From Flectonema sp. DT1601 (Eukaryota), in NCBI GenBank assembly GCA_964019425.1, contig OZ025794.1:1302001-1366000 (forward strand): a stretch of 64,000 nt of DNA. Direction: 5' to 3'. The position numbers and the translations under genes are program-made. Every line of letters begins with the position of its first letter. Positions within the stretch are counted from its first letter, which is position 1. The notes below the pieces were generated by a model. It was given only the letters and a program-made list of their open reading frames with translations, did not search any database and was not told where the DNA came from. Below, piece by piece: positions 32,877 to 44,611 of this stretch.

Positions 32877-35800
32877 ATGGCGCAATTGTTGGAATTTGGT
32901 GAGCAGCTGGGAAGAGAAAGTAACGTAGGGAGGAGGTTCGAAGCGATATTACAATCACAACAGAAGCGTCAGCTGTTGGCGTCACAAGCAACGTCTTCAG
33001 TGGAGAGGAATAGAGAACATCAACAGCGAGTATTACCGAGAAATCAAGTTAAGACTGAGAATCCAAAAGATGCGCACCAACAACTCTCAAGTCTGCAGAA
33101 AAGACTTGCAAAACTCTCAAGTGAAGTGACCACTACTTTGAGTAAACATCAACATTCTGGCAGTAGTTTCCCATCAAGGGCAGCACCACCTCCACCTACT
33201 CCACCCGAAACTCCTCCGCTGTGTGGAGTCAAATCACCGAAACAATCCGACACTTCTCTTCTCACTCCGAGGAGTATCAATGACGTCCTCGATGAAAATG
33301 CTCAACTCAGAAATGAATTATTTGCAATGAAACACGACTACCAATACCTGTCTGGTCAGCAATCTGAGATTGCAACAAGAGCTAAGGAGGTTGAAACTGA
33401 GGCTCAGAACATCGTCCGAGACAAAGAAGAAACCGTCCGCACTATGAAAAGAGCTACTGAAGAGTTACGTGCTGCCCTTGTCATTGAGAAAACTTCAAAG
33501 AGTAAGGAAGAAGATTTAGCGAAATCACTCAAAGAGCAATTGGAACAAGCGCAAGAGGAAACATTTCGCGTAAAGCACGACTCAGAGACTCTACGACAGA
33601 CTCTACTAGAGAAGGAAAAACATGAAAGTGAGAGTGAGCTTCTTAATTTAAAAAAACAACTGGAAGCCGCTCAACTCGAAACTTCTAACGCAAAGGAAGC
33701 AGCAGAGCAACTTCGACATCAACTACAGCAGAAGGTGATAACAACACCGACACCAAATAGAGCATCTGAATCTCCTAAAAAGAGATCTGGAAGTACGGGT
33801 GAAGTACCTTCAATCCCCCATCTTCAAGGATGGTCTAGAGCTGATTCAGTTTCTACTCCTCCTCTTGTAATGTCGTCACCGTCTGAAAAGAAGAGTTCGT
33901 TGTCGCCTATTCGTGCTAGACAGTCACCTGGACCTAGTTCACCAAATCTAAGTTTAGATAATTCAATATGGAATATACGTAGAGATGTACCATCACCATC
34001 ACCATCACCACCAAGAGAAACAGTTCACATGTCACAAATAAGAACACCTGTCAGTACTAAACAAATTAAAAGTACTATTCGAACACCAGTTAGTGATCTG
34101 GAGGAACGTGAAGCTGAAGAATTTCGTGACCATTCTCGAAGACGTGGAAATGTTAGTACCGCCACACCATCTCATTCAGACATATCATATAATGATACGA
34201 CTCCATTGAAAGAACCTAATCCTTCAGAACGTGCGGAAGATTTCTCTTCGTGGATTCCTTCAGAAAGAAGTAAGAAAGCACCTCCAAAGCAAGCACCAGC
34301 TGTGCAACAACATCGGCCGAGCAGTCCAAGACAGCAGAGAAATAACAATCTCCCTAAAGTACCTCAGAAAGTATTTCAATCAGATTCTTCAACAACTTAT
34401 GAAAAGATCTCAAATCGTGAGAAACGTTCCCAACGTTCCCAACAAAATAAGATCACAGCGCCACCGAGTGAATCTCATTCAAGTACTTCAGCTTATGATG
34501 AAAGATCTCCGTTGGTAATTAATAAATCTCTTAGTCCTGTGAGAAATGGTAGTCGTCAAGTCACTTCTCTGCGAAACAAAGTCACAAGACCTCCATCTGA
34601 CACTAATTCAGAAATATCATCCTATGATGAGAAGAAACCTCTTGTTCAGAGTAGTAGAAATAATTATAAAAATGTCGTTCAAAAACCAAAAAGAAATCCA
34701 CCGAGAGCACCTCGTAAAATAGTTGCAAACGGCTACGAAAGCAGCAGCGACAGTAATTCTGATTCACAGTTATCGTCTCTCAAACCAGTACCAAAAAGGA
34801 TAAGAAAACGTCGAAGTAGTTTAAAAACTACTCAATCTCAACTAAAGGAAAGATCTCAGTCAGTGGAAACACAAACACCTGCTAAGAACAGAAGTAGTCG
34901 AGTACAACAACGTCGGTCAAATGTAATAAATAGTACCTTTGGTGACGGTGAGAGAATTCCGATACAAAATCAAGTTCCGTTACCAAAACCTGTTGTACAA
35001 AGTTATAAAGCACCCGCACTGGTTTCATCTCCAACTGGCGTTATTAGATCTGTTATCAGCTCATCAGAAGTTAATCAACAACGTGAACGTGAAACAGCTA
35101 TTCAACTGGCGATGGAAAACAGCTCCAAACGTGTTAACGGAATCCTCTCTTCCCTTTCTACGTATAAGAATTCAACTGCTTTTGACATCGTTCATTGCAC
35201 TCCTCAAAAGCATCTCATGCCTCAGAATTCATTTCCAATGAGGGATGACTCACTGTCGTCACCTATTATTGATAATTCTTATCAAAATAATAATGCAAGA
35301 GTTGAACAACCACCTGCTCCAATAGCACAAAATAAATTACAAATAGCACGTGATATGCGTATTAGACAAAGGGAACGTAGAGGTGTTGGTGAAGCTCAAA
35401 GTATAAGTCAGCTACTGGATTGTGAATCGAGTGATCAAAGTGAAGCGGAATTATGGAGCTTGAAACAAGGTCCTGGTGCTCCGGTAAACTCAAAATCACC
35501 AACTAAGATGGCAAGAAGTGTGACAGGCAACCTTCCAGAGCAACTTCCCATCTCACTTATCGACGGCAGTTTTGGAGGAGATGCTGATTTCTGCTCTCCA
35601 ACTCAAACCAGTCGGCACAACGCATCATCAGCAATCGACTTTGGGGTTTCTAACATATCAAGTTCTAGTGCCAGTCCACCTGAACGAAATTATGGAAGTC
35701 CACCAACTCCTCTAACCGAGGGAGATATGCAAATAAATATAACAATTGATGACATCGCTAAAATTAAATCGCTGAAGGATGAAATCGCAGAACAAGCGGA

Positions 35801-38800
35801 AAAGTTAAAAAAACAAGCTGAAGATGAAGACGAACGCCGAAAGCTTCAAAATGAAAGAGATGAAAAGCGAGAGGCTGAAAAAGAAAGGATTTGGAAAGAG
35901 CAGATGATAGCACGTAGGAATGAAGAAGAACGTGAAATAACAAAAATAAGAGCGAGTGGAGAAGAAGCTCTCAAGGCAGTAAATGAAACAAAGAAGCAGC
36001 TTCACGAACTACAACAGCAAGTTCAAGCAATACCAAACATCGCATCAGTAATAGCTTCATCATTTCAAGGAGATAGTGATGCTGAACTGCAGTCGTATGA
36101 ATCTCTTGACGACAGTCAAACTGAAAAGCATCAAGCATCAATATCTTCACTAACATTAGGTAAGCCTCCAGTAAGTCCTAAACGATTACCTGTTGTTGAA
36201 GAACAAGAACAACCTGATGAATTATATTCAGAAGAAGATAATAATGAACATGATGATGGTGATGATCCTATTCAAGAAAAAGAACTTCAAACTACTGAAT
36301 CTGAACAAGAACAACAAGAACAACTATCAGAGAAAGAAGAGCAATCTCCTACTTCAGAACCAGCTGATGAAGTAATTGAAGAACTAACAGAGAGAGAAGA
36401 ACCAATCTCTCTTTCATTACAACCCGTTCAGTCTGTTGATGAATCTGATGAGACTGAACCTGTTAAAGAAGTGAATGATGTTCCAAGTGCTGACAGTCTT
36501 TTAAAAAGCAAACAGACATCACCGAGTCCATCAAAGGGAGGTAAGACCGGCAAACCGAAGTCATCATCATCTCCATCAGTGTCTGTTCGTATATCAGGTG
36601 GAGTGGGGAATCGTTCTGCAACACCCCCGTCGCCTCAAGGAGGATCAAAGGGAGCGCCGTTTAGATCAGTTGGTAATGATAGAGGTGTTGCAGGAAGAGC
36701 AAGATCACCTCCTCAAGGTAAAGGAAGATCTCCCTCACCCGGAAAGGGAAGGGGAGTTAGCCCTCTACACCCTCCTGGAACTCCGTCATCGACAGGTTCA
36801 GAAATTAGACGAGCAACAGCGAGGGGTAGTCCACTAACACTTCCCAGGTCATCAACACCTTTATCACAAGAAGGTAAGGGGATTAGGACTGGTTCTCCTT
36901 ATGACAGTAGTGGGTTTGGAAGAGTTGTTCGACCACCACCACTTGGAGATATTAGACCCGGCTCTCCATCTGATGATGGCAGTCGCACTGCTTCTCCACA
37001 AGGAAAAGGTCGCATTTTACCTGGTGGTCGTGGGTCACCAACGGGATCACCAAAAGGTTCGAAGGGAGGGAAAGGTACTGAGAGTCGCAGTAATTCTTTA
37101 ACTCGTGGACAGGTTGCACCATCTTTAACTGGATTAGGAGCAAAGGGAGCCCCTCGCAGTAATTCACTTGGAAGGGGAATCACAAGCCCGTCGCCTCAGA
37201 GGGGAGGTAAGGGAGATACTGGAAGCGGAAAGGGCAGCATCAGAAGCAACTCAGCTGGCAGAGGCGGTGGAACTCCAATTGCGTCACCTCTTACAGAAGG
37301 GAAAGGTGGTGTAAGGAGTAATTCACTTGGAAGGGGAATTACAAGCCCGTCGCCCCAGGGAGGAGGTAAGGGAGACACCGGAAGCGGAAAGGGCAGCATC
37401 AGAAGTAACTCAGCTGGCAGAGGCGGTGGAACTCCAATTGCAACACCTCTTAGAGAAGGTAAAGGTGGTGTAAGGAGTAATTCATTAATTCGAGGTATTG
37501 GATCACCTGTTACTGGTAAGGGAAATATTCGTAGTAATTCATCAGGAAGAGGTACAACTATCCCTGAAACACCATCTGGTAAAGGAAGCGTCAGAAGCAA
37601 CTCAGCTGGAAGAGGTACAGGAGCTGTTGGTCTACCGTCTCTTAGTGATGGAAAGGGTAATGTGAGAAGTAGTTCTGGAAAAGGAGGACTTGCCCCCTCC
37701 CCAGGAGGAAAGGGCACTCCTCGCGACTCATTTACACCTGCGCCAGTCGGAATACGAAGTAATTCTCCAGCAGCAGGAAATGGTGTTCGTGGTCGTTTAT
37801 TATCAGGTGCTCCACAAACATCAGGTAAGGGTGCCGTCACACAAGGAAACACTCCTGCTGGAGGGAAGGGACTTCTTAGTAGTACTCGAAGTAATTCTCT
37901 GTCTGGTACTCCTGCAGCCACCCCAGTCACTAATCCAACTGCACCACCTCCAGCACTGGGAAGGGGACTTCTTAGTCGTTCAACACCTGGAAAAGGCCTC
38001 AGCAGCACTCGAAGTGATTCTCTATCTGGAACTCCTGCAGCCACCCCAGTCACTAATCCAACTACTGCACCACCTCCAGCACTGGGAAGGGGACTTTTTA
38101 GTGGGACCCGGAGCAACTCACTTTCTGGTACTCCTCAAGCTGCTCCTGCGCCTAATCCGGTAGCAGGGAAAGGAGGGAAAGGATTACCTCGTAGTAACTC
38201 TCCAGCCTTAAGAGGGATGTCAGCCAATACTCAACAACTTTCTGGAACACCTTCTGGAGGAAAAGGTCAAAGTACTTCAGGAATCTCAACTCCACGAGGA
38301 AGGACTGGTTTATCACAAGTAGAATCCATGAGGGCAAAAGGAGGAAAAGGATCGCCTTCTCATGCTGTTCAGGCAGCAGCGCAAGCAGCTCTTCGAACGA
38401 ATAGTCCCAAGGGATCTACTCCGGGAACACCTCCTCTGAGAACTGCATCACCAGTCGGAAAAGGTTCAAATAAAGGAGGTAAACCATCGAAAGGAAATTC
38501 TATTACCCGAAGTAGTTCTTTAGGAAGAGGTTCTTCAACACCAGTCACATCACCAGTTTCTCAAGGAGTTGGTGGGAAGGGAAATAACAATCGCTCACCT
38601 TCTCTCGGTAGAGGAGATGGAGGTAATCGATCACTAACCCCAACAGGTAAAGGTTATGGTGGTAAGGGAGCATCATCACTTGGAATTACATCACCAGTTG
38701 GTATTTCTTCACCAGTTGGAAGTTCAAGAGGAAGAGCAGTAGAATCTAACATAATATCACCGAGAGTATCATCACCTCAAAGTGGTAAAGGAAACCCTAA

Positions 38801-39035
38801 CTCTCCTAGAGTAACTAGTCCATTATCACAAGGTACAGATAGCGCACCACCTAGTATCTTGAGAATGCCAAGAAGACCTGCACCTAAACCTCAGATCGTT
38901 GTTGATACCAACACTGATTCAGCACGCAGTAAAGTTACTTTTGAGAGCCCACTGCCATCTCCGAAAAGTCGCGGTCGAGGTGGTGGTATACCACTCCCAA
39001 CTGGCGGCAAAGGAAGACCTGCACCAACTCGGTAG
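32877..39035 (+). CDS. 2052-aa low-complexity protein: two coiled coils, S/P-rich linkers, GKG/RSNS-repeat C-terminus
   Basis: Uninterrupted ORF downstream of a pyrimidine tract and AG at 32826; no recognisable catalytic domain. Confidence 0.8.
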   Translation: MAQLLEFGEQLGRESNVGRRFEAILQSQQKRQLLASQATSSVERNREHQQRVLPRNQVKTENPKDAHQQLSSLQKRLAKLSSEVTTTLSKHQHSGSSFPSRAAPPPPTPPETPPLCGVKSPKQSDTSLLTPRSINDVLDENAQLRNELFAMKHDYQYLSGQQSEIATRAKEVETEAQNIVRDKEETVRTMKRATEELRAALVIEKTSKSKEEDLAKSLKEQLEQAQEETFRVKHDSETLRQTLLEKEKHESESELLNLKKQLEAAQLETSNAKEAAEQLRHQLQQKVITTPTPNRASESPKKRSGSTGEVPSIPHLQGWSRADSVSTPPLVMSSPSEKKSSLSPIRARQSPGPSSPNLSLDNSIWNIRRDVPSPSPSPPRETVHMSQIRTPVSTKQIKSTIRTPVSDLEEREAEEFRDHSRRRGNVSTATPSHSDISYNDTTPLKEPNPSERAEDFSSWIPSERSKKAPPKQAPAVQQHRPSSPRQQRNNNLPKVPQKVFQSDSSTTYEKISNREKRSQRSQQNKITAPPSESHSSTSAYDERSPLVINKSLSPVRNGSRQVTSLRNKVTRPPSDTNSEISSYDEKKPLVQSSRNNYKNVVQKPKRNPPRAPRKIVANGYESSSDSNSDSQLSSLKPVPKRIRKRRSSLKTTQSQLKERSQSVETQTPAKNRSSRVQQRRSNVINSTFGDGERIPIQNQVPLPKPVVQSYKAPALVSSPTGVIRSVISSSEVNQQRERETAIQLAMENSSKRVNGILSSLSTYKNSTAFDIVHCTPQKHLMPQNSFPMRDDSLSSPIIDNSYQNNNARVEQPPAPIAQNKLQIARDMRIRQRERRGVGEAQSISQLLDCESSDQSEAELWSLKQGPGAPVNSKSPTKMARSVTGNLPEQLPISLIDGSFGGDADFCSPTQTSRHNASSAIDFGVSNISSSSASPPERNYGSPPTPLTEGDMQINITIDDIAKIKSLKDEIAEQAEKLKKQAEDEDERRKLQNERDEKREAEKERIWKEQMIARRNEEEREITKIRASGEEALKAVNETKKQLHELQQQVQAIPNIASVIASSFQGDSDAELQSYESLDDSQTEKHQASISSLTLGKPPVSPKRLPVVEEQEQPDELYSEEDNNEHDDGDDPIQEKELQTTESEQEQQEQLSEKEEQSPTSEPADEVIEELTEREEPISLSLQPVQSVDESDETEPVKEVNDVPSADSLLKSKQTSPSPSKGGKTGKPKSSSSPSVSVRISGGVGNRSATPPSPQGGSKGAPFRSVGNDRGVAGRARSPPQGKGRSPSPGKGRGVSPLHPPGTPSSTGSEIRRATARGSPLTLPRSSTPLSQEGKGIRTGSPYDSSGFGRVVRPPPLGDIRPGSPSDDGSRTASPQGKGRILPGGRGSPTGSPKGSKGGKGTESRSNSLTRGQVAPSLTGLGAKGAPRSNSLGRGITSPSPQRGGKGDTGSGKGSIRSNSAGRGGGTPIASPLTEGKGGVRSNSLGRGITSPSPQGGGKGDTGSGKGSIRSNSAGRGGGTPIATPLREGKGGVRSNSLIRGIGSPVTGKGNIRSNSSGRGTTIPETPSGKGSVRSNSAGRGTGAVGLPSLSDGKGNVRSSSGKGGLAPSPGGKGTPRDSFTPAPVGIRSNSPAAGNGVRGRLLSGAPQTSGKGAVTQGNTPAGGKGLLSSTRSNSLSGTPAATPVTNPTAPPPALGRGLLSRSTPGKGLSSTRSDSLSGTPAATPVTNPTTAPPPALGRGLFSGTRSNSLSGTPQAAPAPNPVAGKGGKGLPRSNSPALRGMSANTQQLSGTPSGGKGQSTSGISTPRGRTGLSQVESMRAKGGKGSPSHAVQAAAQAALRTNSPKGSTPGTPPLRTASPVGKGSNKGGKPSKGNSITRSSSLGRGSSTPVTSPVSQGVGGKGNNNRSPSLGRGDGGNRSLTPTGKGYGGKGASSLGITSPVGISSPVGSSRGRAVESNIISPRVSSPQSGKGNPNSPRVTSPLSQGTDSAPPSILRMPRRPAPKPQIVVDTNTDSARSKVTFESPLPSPKSRGRGGGIPLPTGGKGRPAPTR
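37158..37490 (+). repeat. Intragenic tandem duplication, 159-bp period (53 aa)
   Basis: AGTAATTCACTTGGAAGGGGAAT starts at 37158 and 37317; two near-identical units followed by degenerate copies. Confidence 0.85.
37880..38105 (+). repeat. Intragenic duplication encoding SLSGTPAATPVTNPT(T)APPPALGRGL
   Basis: Two near-identical copies about 120 bp apart. Confidence 0.8.
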
Positions 39036-39730
39036 AAGCAACGTTAGGGATGAAATCTAACTGATATTGACTATTGTGATACACTAAGCTCTTGTTTCTA
39101 TCCACTCCGTGAATGGCTTTGTGACGTAATTTAATTGTTCTCTTATACGTATTTGTTTAGTTTTTTTTCTCCCTCTTGCGAGGGTTTTTGTAATTTTTAA
39201 TCGCCTGCCCAGATCTCACACCCGCTTAGTGCAAGGACAGGCCTATTAAAAAAAAAAAAAAAATAGTCAACTGTTTTTATATAAGATAATCATTCATGAG
39301 TCTTGTTTTGACGTTAAACTACTAGTTCTTGCACTTTTTGCGTTTGGTAATAAATTGTGTTCCCCTTTTTTTAAATTTTTTTTTTTAATTTTATTTTTGC
39401 TACTAAGAAAAAAAAAGGAAGAAGAGAAGTTAATTACAATTTTAGGTTGACGTGTGACAAAAAAAAAAAAACTTCTTTTTTTTTTTTTTAAATTGTTTCT
39501 TTTATGCGAAATGTAACCCACAACTTGAAATTTTATATATGGTTTTGTGGTGCCATCCCTGTTTTGTAATTTGTTATATTAGTGTACCGCGCCAGTTTAA
39601 TTTGGAAAACTATCTTGATGAAGGTTTTTTATAAAGTTCTTCTATACAGGAAAATGATGTCTTTTTTATTTTAAATGATCTCTCCTTAAATGATTATCTT
39701 AATCAGATATTTACACAAGCAACCAGAACT

Positions 39731-39955
39731 ATGAATCCCGTACCCGGAGCTGTTCCAGCGACTGCTGGTCCATCAACCCAACAGCCTGTGAGTGGAGTTG
39801 CAGCCTCCAGTCGAGTTAGCTTTGAAAGAGTTCATGTTGGCAATAAGAGTTTTGTCAGTACGGGTGCTTCCGTTACACGTGACTTAGAAAATTTAGATAT
39901 CATACCTTTGGGCACCACCACGTCTCCAAGTTTACATGTTTCTAAAATAAAATAA
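39731..39955 (+). CDS. Possible short hypothetical protein or gene fragment
   Basis: Coding-like composition and an upstream T-rich tract with AG; no recognisable motif. Confidence 0.25.
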   Translation: MNPVPGAVPATAGPSTQQPVSGVAASSRVSFERVHVGNKSFVSTGASVTRDLENLDIIPLGTTTSPSLHVSKIK

Positions 39956-40390
39956 TGTTATTACACCAACTTACTGTATCAGTGTCCGGGTACGTCTTCT
40001 AATGAGGTATCGTCACTCTGATTTATGTCTGGATAGAGATGGGGAACTCTTGTCTTTAATTACACAAATCCGAGAAGTCTGTAGTTGATATCTAATTGAG
40101 CTGTTCATGGAATGAAAAAAAAAAAAAAAAGGAAGAAAAAAGGTACTCAAAAAATAAAAAAAGAAAAGAAAGGCAATATCATCTGGTCAAACACTAGCTG
40201 GTCAGAGGAACGACCGATCGCAAGCGGGTTGGCAAAGCTATTGAAGTACCTCTTCCTTGTTGTGTTTCACAAGTAGTGAGTGAGATTGGGTTTACTGTTG
40301 AAGGACATTATTAAATTTATTTATTTCTTTTACAGTCACCTGATCATCATTTACATCCCAACGTGAAATATCTATAACTGAACTACAACT

Positions 40391-40417
40391 TGTTTTGTTT
40401 ATCTATCCCTCTTGCAG
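40391..40417 (+). promoter_or_regulatory. Putative trans-splice acceptor (pyrimidine tract + AG); representative of similar sites ending at 14638, 15491, 18640, 32826, 54508, 59737 and 61441
   Basis: TGTTTTGTTTATCTATCCCTCTTGCAG 18 nt before the ATG; the pattern recurs in front of most genes. Confidence 0.55.
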
Positions 40418-40435
40418 CCCCATCCCGAAACGAAT

Positions 40436-41970
40436 ATGTCCGCCGAGGAACCAACCACAACCCCTCCAGTTGAGGAGCCAGAGGCAACCGCAGAGGAGCC
40501 TGCAGCAGACGGACTTCTTGACTTTGAAGATGACGAGGCTGACAAGCAGCAGGGAGAGGAGGCTGCTGGAGCTGCAGGTGCGATGGGACACGCCACCATC
40601 CAGATTAGAGGTTTCAGAGAGTTCTTGTTGAAACCAGAATTGAACAGAGCCATCACCGACAACGGTTTTGAGCATCCTTCTGAAGTTCAGGATCAGTGTA
40701 TCCCTTCAGCTATCCTTGGACAGGATATCCTCGCCCAGGCGAGATCTGGTATGGGAAAGACAGCTGTTTTCGTTCTATCAGTACTTCACCAAATTGAAGA
40801 AACTGATGAGAAATACATCCAATCGATATGCCTCGTCCACACAAGAGAGCTCGCTCATCAAATAAAACGTGAATTCGTTAGATTTAGCAAGTACCTTCCA
40901 TCTGTAAAGACTTCAGTCTTTTACGGAGGAATGCCAATCGCTCAGGACATTAAGGTTCTTCAGAAGAAGGGAGAAGAGTACCCAACTATTGCTGTAGGAA
41001 CACCAGGAAGAATGATTGCTCTTATCAGAAATGGTCATCTTAAGACTGAAAAGGTTAAGTACTTTGTAATGGACGAAGCCGATCAGCTTCTTGACAAGTT
41101 GGACATGAGAAAAGATGTTCAGGATATCTTCGTTAAGTGTCCAACTGGTAAGCAGGTTATGATGTTTTCTGCTACTCTTCCAAAGGAGATTAGAGATGTG
41201 GCTAAGAAGTTTATGAAGGACCCTCTTGAAATATACGTCGACTCCATGGCGAAGCTTACCCTTCACGGTCTCCACCAATACTACGTTGAGGTTGAGGAGA
41301 AGGAGAAGAACAGAAAGTTGAATGATCTTTTAGACTCCTTAGAATTCAACCAGGTAGTTATCTTCGTCAAATCCGCCCCACGTGCGGAAGCCCTCAACAC
41401 CATTCTTAAGAAGTGTGGATTCCCTTCAACATGTATTCACTCTCGTATGAGACAAGAAGAACGTATCCAGACCTACCAGGACTTTAAGGACTTCAAGTCA
41501 CGTATCTGTGTAGCAACCAACCTGTTTGGACGTGGTATTGATATCGACAGAGTTAATATTGTTATTCAATATGACATGGCTGAGTCTGCTGACACTTACC
41601 TCCACAGAGTTGGACGTGCTGGTATGTTTATTTGTTTTATTTATGTACAACCATCCAATTATTTGGGCACACAAAAAAAATAACATCAACAGGACGTTTC
41701 GGAACCAAGGGTCTTGCAGTGTGCTTCCTTACCAACGACTCTTCTGCATCAAAGGGAATCAACAAGGGAACTGGAGAGTTGTTCCCAGCTGATAAGGAAG
41801 TTATGACTGCAGTTCAGGACAGATTCGAGGTATGTGTTATTTTAGTTTTGATAAATGCGATTATTTATTTTATTCAGCGATTCAATTCTTAAACACTACA
41901 ATAATAATAACAGGTGAATGTTGACCTCCTTCCAGAAAAAATAGCCGTCGACTCATACATGCAGAACTAG
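40436..41970 (+). CDS. SUB2: UAP56/Sub2 (DDX39) RNA helicase, copy 1; exons 40436-41621, 41693-41829, 41914-41970
   Basis: [69 protein letters not shown]. Introns 41622-41692 and 41830-41913 restore the conserved C-terminus. Confidence 0.93.
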
Positions 41971-42764
41971 GTGAGGTGTAGTGTGACACCCTGTTTGCTC
42001 TTTTCTTCCCTTTCTCTTCACACTACCCCCCGCAAAATATTTTCTTCTTGTTTTTTTTTCTTTTTTACAGTCATTTATTTTTTTTCCTCATTTTTTTTTA
42101 TTTCTTAGTGCTTTGAGTGTTTTTTTTTTTTTTTTTTTTTGATTTTGACGTTCTGCCTCTTCATTGAGCATTCGTTGACGACAAAGTATCAAAATAGTGG
42201 AATATCGCTGAGGGTGAATTCACATATGAGATTAACCAAGTAAGAAAAAAAAAAAAAAAAGAAGAGATGAAGTTCGACAGAGTGCAACTCACATGGAAGA
42301 AAAAAGAAGAAAAGGTAGGCTTTCTTTTTTCAATCTCTCTGTTAAGGTTTAAAAAAAACAATGAAAAAGAGATTTTTTCATAACAAAACAGCAAAAAAAA
42401 AAAAAAAGAAAAATTTTATAAGTAGAAAAAAAAAAAATATGAAAATCCAATACGGTATTGACAAGGCCTCCATGTGGTCAGATTTTCTTTTTTTTTTTTT
42501 TTTTTGGAAATATTTTTCTTCATCAAAGACACAAGGGGTTCCCAATTTTAGCCCAATTATTATTGTATTGATGTTTGTTCTTTATTTTATTTTTATTTAT
42601 TTCTACAGATGGCCTATCACCCAGATATGATCAGATGCTCATAATAAGTAAGCCAATTAATGAAAAAAATATTTCTTCAGGTGTGATTACACTTACTTTC
42701 TTTTAGCCATCAAAACGATCATTATATTGGAAGGGTTGTTGACCTCCTTTGTTGCGTTGCGGGT

Positions 42765-42796
<32 letters not shown>

Positions 42797-42999
42797 TTGT
42801 CATTAAAATTTTATAATGTAGTAGCATAAGGGGGTGGGGGAAAAAAAAAAAATTGACAACCCCCCTGAATGTGTAACGACTGATGGAAAAACTGAACGGA
42901 GCAGTCGTCGCAATTTCGTATTCCAGAACTGTCCTTGAGATGGAATATCGTTTCCGAGGAACATGTGAAACTATTTATACTCCTGAACGCTGTCTTGTA

Positions 43000-44110
43000 A
43001 CGACAAATGGTCGTAGCAGACATCGAAAGCTTCAATACACTTGTTCATGACTACTCATGATGGAGATATGTTTGTTATCATTTTAGTAACCTTTTAGTGT
43101 AAAGGATTTATTAATTAACAAGTTCATTATCACATCACTGCCCGTATTATTGTTTGTTAACAATACTACTGACATTGTTCAGTAGCGTGGATCGCTTTCT
43201 TCATTGTGAGTAAGTCGGGCTGTGCCAAACCCTTAATTCGTGACAACTGGTCGCGATGGTTTCGCTTCTCTTGTTTATGACCACTGGTCGTATCATAAAA
43301 GAGATGTGATGTTAATGTTCTTTACTTGCACAGCAAGTTACTCAAACTGCGCCAAACCTTTATTTCGTGATATTTGATCGCGAATGTGACAGGTTTCAGT
43401 ACGTACTCTCATTTATGACAATTGGTCGTAACCCGAGTGACGTATTCTTTAGTGATCCTGTTACCTTTATCGTAAAGGATTTTATTAAAAAGTTCATCAT
43501 GACAAGTTGATCATGGAAACCTTACTGCTACTGTTCAGTAGTATGATACTTCTGTATCAGTGTCATCATTAATCACTAACTAGCGACCAAATACTCTGAA
43601 ATTTATAGCTCTGTTCATTGTCGCAGTTTTCTTTGTTGAACAAAGTAACGACAACTGGTCGTTCGTACGGGCCGTTCAAAAAGAAAAGGAGAGTTAGTTT
43701 TTAATTACTTGGTCGCTTCTCTAAGAACAGACAAACACGGCAACTGGTCGTATGGCACTCTCCTTCGGGTTTCAGAGTCCTTCGTCGTATCTGATCCGAA
43801 TCGGAGTTGATTGGTAGATTGCGGACAACGACATGCTTGGCAATATGTGAATATCTCATCTGATATGGAGTGCCACGGTTACATTTCTTCTAGAACAAGA
43901 TGTGTTCTCAGATTGATTACAGTAACCTGTTCTTAACAACTGGAGATCTGTTTGTGAAACCAAACCGGAGTTGTAGATTGCGACAGCAATAAAACCCGAA
44001 TGCGAGTCTGACAACTGAGTGTGTCGCATCTGATTTGCTTGCTAGATATGTAACAGACAATGGGTTACTGTTATGCACTCAATCCGGAACAAGATGTGTT
44101 CTGAGGGCGC
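43000..44110. repeat. Degenerate repeat region with a recurring GAC(A/C)ANTGGTCG motif and nested imperfect duplications
   Basis: Motif at 43002, 43242, 43279, 43417, 43650 and 43739. Duplicated blocks: CTG(T/C)GCCAAACC..TTCGTGA, GTAAAGGATTTTATTAA, GAACAAGATGTGTTCT. Confidence 0.7.
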
Positions 44111-44611
44111 CTGGTTACTGTGTGGCAACAGTCAACCTTCTAATGCCGATTATTGCGCTGAATCGAATTGTTCCTAATTGGAGTTCATTCACAGATGACA
44201 ATCAGAAACAGAAACACAAGTGTGCTGTCTGAGGCGTATCAACTTGACGTTGCGGGATAATCGAAGGTATTTCTGGATGTGTATTCAAATTTGGTCACAC
44301 TCGTGCATTAATCTATCCGAAAAAGTAAAAAAAATTAAAAGAAAGAAAAGAGTCTTCGTCGAGTTTGTATTATTACAAAGCTGAGAACGTATTCAGAGGA
44401 CGACAACGAACGATTTACATAAAAGCATTTACACTATTACACCTTTTCGTCGCTGGTTAGCATTCCAATGCCAAGATTAGATTTTATATTTTAGTTTTTT
44501 CGCTCTTGCTGGCCTTCTGCAGAGGTTTATTAGCAAAATAATAACCCATCGACGATTATTGTTAAAAGATAAAACTTGTTCCACCATCGCACCAAAGGAA
44601 GGAAGCAAATC

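Noticed and set aside
37196..38116. 306-aa minus-strand ORF (also 18668..19366)
   Set aside because: Antisense shadows of real + strand genes, with repetitive or biased codons.
43000..43760. CRISPR-like array
   Set aside because: Repeats are only about 12 bp, degenerate and irregularly spaced; eukaryotic context with no cas genes.
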